Source: Lachnospiraceae bacterium UBA6987 (GTDB taxonomy: Bacteria > Bacillota > Clostridia > Lachnospirales > Lachnospiraceae). From it: DNA of 64,000 bases. Each line of letters starts with the position of its first letter. Position 1 is the stretch's first letter. The notes under the pieces are model-generated. The model was not told the DNA's origin. It searched no databases and worked only from the letters and a program-made list of their open reading frames with translations. Position numbers and translations under genes: made by a program. The DNA lies in NCBI GenBank assembly GCA_002449955.1, contig DJYD01000046.1:1355-65354 (forward strand). Direction: 5' to 3'. Of this stretch, positions 56,814 through 64,000 are shown one piece after another.

Positions 56814-57368
56814 ATGATGTTAGACAAGTTTCGCCGGTTTGCGAAGCGATGGGAACAAATCGAGCTTTCGATATTAACGACTCTTTTTGCAATCGCTTTT
56901 GTTGTTATCATTATGCAGATCGTGAGCCGGTATATATTTAATAAACCGATCATTTGGACCGATGAATTCTCCTCGGCGTTACAGATGTTCATCGCTTTTT
57001 TGGCAATCGGCTATGGTGTTCTTTCAAAAAAACATATCAGAACCGGAGGCTTTATGGGAAAAGCTCCCAAAGCGGTTAAACACATTATTGCGATCCTCTC
57101 GGATATTCTTTTTATTTTTGTATGCTATAAACTGCTTACCACAACTATTCCGTTTGTGCGTTCTGAATGGAATATTCCGTTTGGAACGTTTCCGCTAGGA
57201 AGAGGCAAAATGTTCATTGCTGTTCCGATCGGTTACGGTACATCGATTATTTACTTATTGATGGAAATTATTGAGCATATACTTGAATGGATCTCTGAGC
57301 AAAAGGTAAAAAGTATAGCAAAAGATCCTGATTCATCCGAAGCGGGAGGTGCAAGTACATGTCACTAA
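56814..57368 (+). CDS. TRAP transporter small permease (DctQ family)
   Basis: 184 aa from ATG 56814 (AGGAGG 7 nt upstream). Four hydrophobic helices. Sits between the P and M subunits. Confidence 0.85.
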   Translation: MMLDKFRRFAKRWEQIELSILTTLFAIAFVVIIMQIVSRYIFNKPIIWTDEFSSALQMFIAFLAIGYGVLSKKHIRTGGFMGKAPKAVKHIIAILSDILFIFVCYKLLTTTIPFVRSEWNIPFGTFPLGRGKMFIAVPIGYGTSIIYLLMEIIEHILEWISEQKVKSIAKDPDSSEAGGASTCH

Positions 57369-58642
57369 ATATAATTTGGTTATTTGTCATGCTGTTTGGC
57401 ATGATGGCCTTGGATATTCCGGTTGCCACTTCAATGCTGGTATCTGCTGTTGTATATATGTTGGCCTTTGATATTCCTATGCTGAGTGCCACAATACAAT
57501 CCATCTGGAGTCCAATGTCTTCTATTCTTCTTTCAACCGGCTTTTTCATCCTGGCAGGAAATCTGATGAATAATGGCGGTGTGACAAAGCGTATTTTTAA
57601 CTTTGCCAATACGTTAGTTGGCTGGGTGCCTGGTGGGTTAGGTCATGCCAATGTAGTGGCAAGTGTTATTTTTGCCGGCATGAGCGGTACTGCCGTTGGT
57701 GATGCGGGTGGCCTCGGACAGATAGAAGTCAATGCTATGACAGACAATGGCTATGATCTTGACTTCTCACTTGCTGTCACCGGCGCCTCGTCGATTCTTG
57801 GACCGATTATCCCGCCTAGCGTCCCTATGGTTATGTATGCGCTGGTTGCTGGCGCTTCGATCGGCAAAATGTTTATGGCAGGTATTATTCCGGGATTGAT
57901 TTCAGCCGCAGGAATGATGGGCCTTGTTTATTATTTTGCAAAAAAGAGAAATTATACCAAACTGAAATTTCCGACAGGAAAAGAGTTTTGGCAAAGCTTC
58001 CGATATGCTTTCTTCCCGCTGCTTGCTCCGATCATTATACTTGTCTCCATCTATAGCGGTGTAATCACTCCGTCTGAATCCGCGGTTATTGCAGCTGTTT
58101 ACGCTATGGTTATTGGTGTCCTCAGCAAAGACCTTAGTATTAAGGCAATTCCCGGGATTTTTAAAGAATCGTTCCAGCTGTTCGGTTCCATTCTGTATAT
58201 ATTTGTTGCTTCAAAATTTTTCGGCTTTGTGGTTGCCTATGAGCAAGTGCCCAATTATCTGGCAAAGTTTGTTGTAGATAATATCGGGGATAGTCCGGCT
58301 CTGTTTTTCCTCTGCGTGATCGTTATCCTGCTTATTTGCGGGTGCATTATGGACAATAATGCGACCATTCTTATTATTACACCGGTATTAGCTCCTGTGG
58401 CGGCATCCCTAGGAATTGATCCTATTCACTTTGGCTTGGTCTTTATTTTCACCATGATGATCGGCGTTGTAACTCCGCCAGTTGGTATCATTCTTTTTGT
58501 GCTGCAGGGCATGTCTGGTATCTCATTTGGCAAACTGTGTCGGGCTATCGCACCGTTTATCATTATGCTGATTGCATGTGCATTGTTGTTTGCTCTGGTA
58601 CCTGCACTGAGCACCTGGCTTCCGAATCTTCTCTTCGGGTGA
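57359..58642 (+). CDS. TRAP transporter large permease (DctM family)
   Basis: 427 aa, about 12 helices. 10-nt overlap with the dctQ-like gene. Typical DctM blocks (FAGMSGTAVGDAGGLG, ILFVLQG). Confidence 0.9.
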   Translation: MSLNIIWLFVMLFGMMALDIPVATSMLVSAVVYMLAFDIPMLSATIQSIWSPMSSILLSTGFFILAGNLMNNGGVTKRIFNFANTLVGWVPGGLGHANVVASVIFAGMSGTAVGDAGGLGQIEVNAMTDNGYDLDFSLAVTGASSILGPIIPPSVPMVMYALVAGASIGKMFMAGIIPGLISAAGMMGLVYYFAKKRNYTKLKFPTGKEFWQSFRYAFFPLLAPIIILVSIYSGVITPSESAVIAAVYAMVIGVLSKDLSIKAIPGIFKESFQLFGSILYIFVASKFFGFVVAYEQVPNYLAKFVVDNIGDSPALFFLCVIVILLICGCIMDNNATILIITPVLAPVAASLGIDPIHFGLVFIFTMMIGVVTPPVGIILFVLQGMSGISFGKLCRAIAPFIIMLIACALLFALVPALSTWLPNLLFG

Positions 58643-58693
58643 CGAAGAAAGAATTGGCGAATACAAATAATTAATAAAGAGAGGTTGACGTAT

Positions 58694-59443
58694 ATGGAAC
58701 AGATTCAAAAAGAGACGGCAATAATAAGAGAACTTGAAAAGTATTCTACTTCCACAATAGCAATTTGCATGCAAAGAGGCAAAGACTACCAAAAACGTGC
58801 ACAACTGTTTGATTCCCGCAAGGACAAATGGTATACAGACGCTTCTTTGCGTGTACAATCCCCTGAATTCGGTCCACGTGCCGGATATGCTGTAACCATG
58901 CGTGTTGGTTTGCCGGTTGAAGGATATGTGCCGCCGACTCGTGCGGAATTGCTGAAACTGATCGATGCATCACCCAAGCCGGTAGTTCTGGTCATGCAGG
59001 TGGATGAACCGGAAGCGATGCGCCTGTCTGACAGTAACTTTGGCGGTCAGTTCGGTTATCTGTGCAAGCAACTAGGGATGGAATCTCTGGTCAGTGACGG
59101 CGCGATCCGTGATATAAAGGAACTGCAGGATTTTGGTATACAGCTTATGATTCCCGGGTCTATCGCGGCAACAGCACCGTCTGTTATCTATGAACTGAAC
59201 GGAACGGTTAATGTAGCCGGCATGGAAGTGTCTGCTGGCGACATTGTTCATATGGATCTCGACGGCGCGGTGAAAATGCCCAGAGAAGCGGCTGAACAAG
59301 TGCTGGCTTGTGCTAAAGTGCTGGAAGAAGAAGAAAAAGCCAGTTATGAGCGTATTGATAAAGCACAAACTCTGGATGACTACCTGCAAGTCTTTTATGA
59401 CATGGGATATGGCCTTAACAAGAAAAAGGATGATGAGCAATAA
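58694..59443 (+). CDS. RraA/HMG-CHA-aldolase-family protein, paralog 1
   Basis: 249 aa from ATG 58694 (GAGAGG upstream). RraA-fold blocks GGQFGYLC..LGMESLVSDGAIRD and AGMEVSAGDIVHMDLDGAV (the GD..v.D.DG motif). Confidence 0.75.
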   Translation: MEQIQKETAIIRELEKYSTSTIAICMQRGKDYQKRAQLFDSRKDKWYTDASLRVQSPEFGPRAGYAVTMRVGLPVEGYVPPTRAELLKLIDASPKPVVLVMQVDEPEAMRLSDSNFGGQFGYLCKQLGMESLVSDGAIRDIKELQDFGIQLMIPGSIAATAPSVIYELNGTVNVAGMEVSAGDIVHMDLDGAVKMPREAAEQVLACAKVLEEEEKASYERIDKAQTLDDYLQVFYDMGYGLNKKKDDEQ

Positions 59444-59491
59444 GGGGAATTGACGAGAATCTATTCGTTGTTACCGGAAAGGATTGTTCAA

Positions 59492-60226
59492 ATGGAAATG
59501 ATTCAAAAAGAGAACGCGGTGATCAGAGAACTGGAAAAATACTCGTCTCATGTTATAGCGAACTGTGTGCAAAAGGGAAACGGAGGCGCAGAGCTGTTTG
59601 ATGTTTTTAAGGATAAATGGTTTACGGATGCCTCATTAAAGGTACAGTTTCCGGAGTTCGGTTCCCGTGCCGGCTATGCGGTAACCATGCGTGTCGGACT
59701 GCCGGTGGAAGGGTATATACCGCCGACCCGTGCCGAATTGTTAAAGCTCATTGACGCTTCTCCTAAGCCGGTGGTTCTGGTGATGCAGGTCGATGAACCG
59801 GAAGCAATGCGGCTTTCTGATAGTAATTTCGGCGGTCAGTTTGGCTATTTATGTCAAAAGCTTGGGATGGAATCTCTGATTTGCGATGGGGCTATCCGTG
59901 ATATAAAAGAGCTGCATGATTTTGGCATACAGCTTATGATTCCCGGATCAATTGCGGCAACAGCACCCTCTGTCATCTATGAACTGAACGGAACGGTTAC
60001 CGTTGGTGGCATGGAGGTTTCCGCCGGTGATGTCGTGTTTATGGATCAGGACGGTGCCTTGAAAATCCAGGCGAAATCAGTGGAGAAAGTTCTGGCCTGT
60101 GCGAAAAAGACAAAAGCTGGGAACATTGATCCGAACAAAAAGTTAACATTGGATGAGTGCCTGAAAATCTTCAGCGCAATGGGGGCACATTCTGAACCGG
60201 ATGAGGAAAACAGCGAACAGCCGTAA
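59492..60226 (+). CDS. RraA/HMG-CHA-aldolase-family protein, paralog 2
   Basis: 244 aa from ATG 59492 (MEMIQKE, parallel to MEQIQKE of paralog 1). The core of 122 residues differs from paralog 1 at only 8 positions. N- and C-terminal tails are divergent. Confidence 0.75.
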   Translation: MEMIQKENAVIRELEKYSSHVIANCVQKGNGGAELFDVFKDKWFTDASLKVQFPEFGSRAGYAVTMRVGLPVEGYIPPTRAELLKLIDASPKPVVLVMQVDEPEAMRLSDSNFGGQFGYLCQKLGMESLICDGAIRDIKELHDFGIQLMIPGSIAATAPSVIYELNGTVTVGGMEVSAGDVVFMDQDGALKIQAKSVEKVLACAKKTKAGNIDPNKKLTLDECLKIFSAMGAHSEPDEENSEQP

Positions 60227-60245
60227 AATGCAGGAGCAATGAAAA

Positions 60246-61079
60246 ATGAAATACAAATTTGCGTTATTAGCTAAGGACATGCATAATTCCGTGCTGCCTC
60301 GCACTTATGATTTCTATGGTAAAAGCCTGGGATATGAAGTTGATTTCAATATCATAAACGTTAATGAAAACGAACTTGCTGAAACTTTGGAAAAGATGAG
60401 ATCAGAGCTTGATGGCTTTACGGTTACAATGCCATATAAAGTTAAAATCATGGAGTTCTGCGATGAATTGGATGTTTCGGCTGAAAAATGCGGATCATCC
60501 AATACGGTATTAGTGAAAGACGGCAAGTTCATTGGCTATAATACCGATGGCTGGGGAATGGTTAAATGTCTTGCGCTGAAAGGATACAGTTTTGAGGGCA
60601 AGAATGTCGTTTTGGTTGGCGCAGGAGGCGTAGCACTGTCCATTGCCTACAATCTTTCCATCAATAAGGTAAAGCATGTGGATGTGCTCAATAAGTTTCC
60701 GAACGAAACAGAGCGTCTCCTGGCCCGCATGGATGACCGTTTTACCGGGTATGACCTGACAGATGAAAATCTGAATAAATGTTGCAAAGGTGCGGATTGC
60801 TTCATTAATGCAAGCATTTTGGGACAGGTGGGCTTTGATGATTGGACGAATCTGGACTTTCTTAAAGCGCTTAATGCTGACGCACTGGTCTATGATGTCA
60901 ACTATTCTAAACCGGGGGCTAATCTTCCCCGAGCAGCTGAAGAACTTGGATTCAGACACTATGTTGGCAAGGCGATGAGCGCCTGTCAGGGGATTCGCGC
61001 GATGGAAATCTGGACAGGAACGGCACCGAGCGATGAAACAGCGCGGGAGTTAGTGGAGCTTATCGAAAATAATCGTTAA
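60246..61079 (+). CDS. Shikimate/quinate dehydrogenase-family oxidoreductase
   Basis: 277 aa. Catalytic TMPYK Lys and YNTDG Asp motifs, and Rossmann GAGGVA. Confidence 0.82.
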   Translation: MKYKFALLAKDMHNSVLPRTYDFYGKSLGYEVDFNIINVNENELAETLEKMRSELDGFTVTMPYKVKIMEFCDELDVSAEKCGSSNTVLVKDGKFIGYNTDGWGMVKCLALKGYSFEGKNVVLVGAGGVALSIAYNLSINKVKHVDVLNKFPNETERLLARMDDRFTGYDLTDENLNKCCKGADCFINASILGQVGFDDWTNLDFLKALNADALVYDVNYSKPGANLPRAAEELGFRHYVGKAMSACQGIRAMEIWTGTAPSDETARELVELIENNR

Positions 61080-61095
61080 CGAGAAGCAATTAAAT

Positions 61096-61131
61096 GGGCG
61101 CGTTGCACAATGAATAGTTGGCAACGCGCCC
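61096..61131. terminator. Bidirectional terminator between convergent genes
   Basis: 11-bp GC-rich inverted repeat GGGCGCGTTGC ... GCAACGCGCCC followed by TTATGTATTT. Lies between the stops at 61079 (+) and 61155 (-). Confidence 0.7.
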
Positions 61132-61154
61132 TTATGTATTTATGAAAAGCATAA

Positions 61155-62384
61155 CTAAAACTTATGAACGCATCTCATTTCTTTGCCCTCTTTTTTGATC
61201 AGGGCAGTGCAACCTCCGCAGGTGGCACACGGCTTTTGGATTTTTCGGCCGCATAATATTTCGTTGGCAAAGCCTGGATCTGCAACCCATTGCCGCCCAA
61301 AACCGGCCAGATCGAACCAATTGTCTGAGATTCCACCTGCAGCGACATTCGCGGCAAAGTCACGCAGCCAGGTAAAGCCGGAAGCGACAACGAGGAGTTC
61401 AGGATACTGTGTTTTGACTTCTTTTGCGGATTGTAGCAGACGTTCTACTCCTTCCAAGGGATGCTCATTAGGAACAGGCCCGCCCATGTCGTAAGGCCGA
61501 ATCATATAAGGCGTTACGGCCCCTATTCCGGCACTGATGTTTAATATGGAAACGCCAAGTGCACGGAGTTCTCCAATCAACCGAAGAGGTTCTGTCATAT
61601 CCTGTACCAACTCTTTGCCGGGACGACACCCCCAACCATAGGGGTAGGGCATCCCGTCGAAAACATTGAGCCGTACGGCAACAGTGATATTACTTTGTTC
61701 ACGGATGCGGCGTACAATATCCTTTACTAACCGGGTTCTGTTTTCATAGGAACCGCCATATTTCCCGGAGCGGTTATAGGCAGAGAATAATTCATTTAGA
61801 AGATAGCCATGACAGCAACGGATGTCAATGGCATCAAAACCGGCGCGCTCTGCAAGAAGAGCGGTTTTTACATAATCGTCGGCCAGTCTGTCTAACGCTT
61901 CGTCGTTGATGATATAACTGTTTTCTTTAGGGATCAAAGGATTTTCAATGGCACATGCAACGCTTTTACTGTATCGGCCGGAATGAGTGAGCTGGGCAAC
62001 AATAAAAGGATTCTCGTGTTCGTGGATAGTGGTTACAAACTGTGCAAATTGTTCTGTGTTTTCCTCAGAGAGACGCATTTGCCGGTTATTAGATTTGCCT
62101 TCATCGTTCACTGAGATTGATTCCATCCAGATGGTACCGACGCCGCCATCAGCTAATGATTGGTAGCGTTCAAATGCCCTTTGAGAAGGACTGCCGTCTT
62201 CATTGGAATCAAAGCCTTCTATAGGTTGAGCAAGCAGACGGTTTCGGATTGTCTTACCATTCACTGAGAGGGGAGTGGATAGCACAGAGGTTTCCTTCGA
62301 AAAGGGGAGGCCTTGCGACAGTTGACCGGCATCTGCTAAAAAATCATTCACGGAAGAGTATGCGTAACGTTGGTGTTTCATCAT
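61155..62384 (-). CDS. Old-yellow-enzyme-family flavin oxidoreductase ending in a CX2CX2CX12C cluster motif
   Basis: 409 aa. OYE TIM-barrel blocks (AQLTHSGR, DAIDIRCCHGYLLNELFS). The C-terminus is KPCATCGGCTALIKKEGKEMRCVHKF*. Confidence 0.82.
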   Translation of the reverse strand: MMKHQRYAYSSVNDFLADAGQLSQGLPFSKETSVLSTPLSVNGKTIRNRLLAQPIEGFDSNEDGSPSQRAFERYQSLADGGVGTIWMESISVNDEGKSNNRQMRLSEENTEQFAQFVTTIHEHENPFIVAQLTHSGRYSKSVACAIENPLIPKENSYIINDEALDRLADDYVKTALLAERAGFDAIDIRCCHGYLLNELFSAYNRSGKYGGSYENRTRLVKDIVRRIREQSNITVAVRLNVFDGMPYPYGWGCRPGKELVQDMTEPLRLIGELRALGVSILNISAGIGAVTPYMIRPYDMGGPVPNEHPLEGVERLLQSAKEVKTQYPELLVVASGFTWLRDFAANVAAGGISDNWFDLAGFGRQWVADPGFANEILCGRKIQKPCATCGGCTALIKKEGKEMRCVHKF

Positions 62385-62478
62385 TGGTTACCGTCCTTGA
62401 TGATGTTGTTTTTAAAGTAAGTCAAATAAGCTGTGAAACGTCAAGTCTATGTATTTAGTCTATGACAAAAAATAAAAA

Positions 62479-62545
62479 TTGTCAATATAAAAATGTATGC
62501 AATTTTAAATTAGATATTGCAAAAAATGAGGTGCAGTGCTATAGT
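62479..62545 (+). promoter_or_regulatory. Promoter/operator module B (copy of module A)
   Basis: TTGCAA (62517-22) - 17 nt - TGcTATAGT (62540-45). Inverted repeat TGCAAT-N12-ATTGCA overlaps the -35. 61 nt upstream of kdgK and divergent from the OYE gene. Confidence 0.65.
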
Positions 62546-62606
62546 GAGAATAACAAATCAACGCTGATCTGCGGATAAACTGTTTAAGGAAAGGAAGGTT
62601 CTATTT

Positions 62607-63629
62607 ATGGGAAAATTGGTATGCTTTGGCGAAATCATGGGGCGCTTTAGCCCGCCTGGTTATTTGAAAACGATTCAGACCAACAGTTTTCAGCTCTCCT
62701 TTGCCGGCGGCGAGGCAAATGTAGCAGTATCCGTTGCCAACTATGGCGGAGATGTTAAATTTGTGACTAAACTTCCGGATAATGATCTATCCCGCAGATG
62801 CATTCGCATACTTCGCGGTTACCGTGTGAATACAGATGATGTTATTTTCGGGGGCGACCGCATGGGGATTTACTTTGTGGAAAAAGGAGCTTCGCAGCGC
62901 CCTTCCAAGATTATTTACGACCGCAAGTATTCCGCAATTTCCCAAGCGGATCCCTCAGAATTCGATTGGGATAAGATTTTTGAAGGTGCAGAATGGTTCC
63001 ATTTTACCGGAATCACCCCTGCTCTTTCTGAAAACATGGTGTGCGCGTGCCGTGACGCGGTAAAAGCAGCCAAGAAAAAAGGTATTACAATCTCCTGTGA
63101 TTTAAATTATCGCAAGAATCTTTGGAGTTCAAAGCGTGCTGGCGAGGTCATGAGTGAATTGATGCCGTATGTGGATGTCTGTATTGCCAATGAAGAAGAT
63201 GCGGAAAAGGTTTTCGGAATCAAGGCGAGTAATACAGATGTGACGTCTGGTACACTTAACGAAGAAGGTTACCGGGAGGTGGCGGACCAACTAATTCAGC
63301 GGTTTGGTGTAAAAAAAGTGGCGATTACGTTGCGTGGAAGCATCTCGGCCAGCGATAACATGTGGTCGGGCATACTGTATGACGGAAAACAGTTCTATCA
63401 TTCCAGGGAATATAAAATCCACTTAGTAGACCGCGTTGGCGGCGGTGATTCTTTCGGCGGTGGCCTTATTTATTCTCTTATGAGAGGCGATGATGACAAG
63501 ACTGCGATTGAATTTGCTGTTGCCGCTTCCTGTCTGAAGCAGGCGACGGAATTTGATTTCAGTGAATCATCTGTGAGTGATGTTGAACTTTTAATGAACG
63601 GTGACGCATCCGGCAGAGTGCGCCGTTAA
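62607..63629 (+). CDS. kdgK: 2-dehydro-3-deoxygluconokinase (PfkB family)
   Basis: 340 aa. N-terminal GEIMGRF...FAGGEANVAVSVA, C-terminal DRVGGGDSFGGGLIY anion hole. Followed directly by the KDPG aldolase gene. Confidence 0.85.
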   Translation: MGKLVCFGEIMGRFSPPGYLKTIQTNSFQLSFAGGEANVAVSVANYGGDVKFVTKLPDNDLSRRCIRILRGYRVNTDDVIFGGDRMGIYFVEKGASQRPSKIIYDRKYSAISQADPSEFDWDKIFEGAEWFHFTGITPALSENMVCACRDAVKAAKKKGITISCDLNYRKNLWSSKRAGEVMSELMPYVDVCIANEEDAEKVFGIKASNTDVTSGTLNEEGYREVADQLIQRFGVKKVAITLRGSISASDNMWSGILYDGKQFYHSREYKIHLVDRVGGGDSFGGGLIYSLMRGDDDKTAIEFAVAASCLKQATEFDFSESSVSDVELLMNGDASGRVRR

Positions 63630-63683
63630 GTAAGTTGGCACGTTAAAAGCTGAAAAAACTCTGCGTGAAAAGAAAGGAATAAT

Positions 63684-64000
63684 ATGACGAGAGAAACCAT
63701 TATTCAGAGAGTTTACGAAGAAAAAGTCATTGCAATAGTGCGGGGGATTGAGAGTGATGCTCTTCTTAAGCTTGCAGACGCACTTTACGAAGGGAATATC
63801 TCAATGATGGAAATAACTTTTGACCAGGCGCGCCCTGAAACATGGGAGAGCACTGCGGCCTCGATCGCTTTCCTACGGGAAAAAGTGGGAGATCATATGG
63901 CGATCGGCGCAGGCACGGTCACATCTCCACATCTTGTGGAACTGGCGATTAAAGCTGGTGCTGAATTTATTATTTCACCGGATACACAAAAGGAGGTCAT
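63684..64000 (+). CDS. eda: 2-dehydro-3-deoxyphosphogluconate (KDPG) / KHG aldolase, truncated by the window end
   Basis: My own translation from ATG 63684 (GAAAGGAA upstream) gives MTRETIIQRVYEEKVIAIVRGIE...MMEITFD...IGAGTVTSP...AEFIISPD. These are the typical Eda blocks. No stop before the window ends. Confidence 0.85.
   Translation, partial: MTRETIIQRVYEEKVIAIVRGIESDALLKLADALYEGNISMMEITFDQARPETWESTAASIAFLREKVGDHMAIGAGTVTSPHLVELAIKAGAEFIISPDTQKEV

Larger units (their letters stand above)
50161..64000. other. Lower-GC segment (putative horizontally acquired catabolic island), right end beyond the window
   Basis: Hand counts of G+C per 60 nt: 50041-50100 = 34, 50101-50160 = 34, 50161-50220 = 22, 50221-50280 = 17. 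All downstream genes are visibly more AT-rich with A/T-ending codons. No integrase, transposase or tRNA at the junction. Confidence 0.6.

Overview
Annotated by eye from the sequence and the ORF track, with no searches run. Family names come from recalled motifs and synteny. About 1-50,160 is a GC-rich (about 57% in hand-counted 60-nt windows) Firmicutes/Clostridia-type chromosomal segment. It carries classic conserved blocks: rlmN-prpC-prkC-rsgA-rpe, ung, class-3 fbp, comM-dprA-topA-codY, an NAD salvage operon (nadE-pncB-NMN adenylyltransferase) and sufC/sufBD. Accessory genes sit between these blocks. They include a three-gene minus-strand cluster of membrane proteins (two with paralogous cytoplasmic zinc-ribbon heads, one with an HEXXH motif, one with a triplicated module) and a tetR / Y-family polymerase / YolD-like / ABC-type ATPase cassette. 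There are also two translationally coupled fused MacB-type ABC proteins, a Cys/His-motif lipoprotein, and a 1806-aa sortase-anchored adhesin with a thioester-like head and 7 VaFE/ester-bond-type repeats. At about 50,160, inside the 3' third of a MATE efflux gene, base composition drops abruptly (hand counts 57% to 28-37% GC). The rest of the window is a lower-GC catabolic island. It encodes GntR, an Asp/Glu-racemase-superfamily protein, an MR-subgroup enolase-superfamily enzyme, an aldo/keto reductase (AKR), a cupin-like protein and TRAP DctPQM. It also encodes two tandem RraA-like paralogs, a shikimate-DH-like enzyme, a truncated OYE/4Fe-4S reductase, kdgK and eda. Two promoters in this island, 10.7 kb apart, share an ungapped 67-bp module (57/67 identical) with a palindromic operator candidate. 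I consider this regulon of unknown substrate the best candidate for an undescribed system, followed by the zinc-ribbon membrane cluster. I saw no rRNA, tRNA, CRISPR, transposase or integrase. Many long antisense ORFs are GC-driven artefacts.
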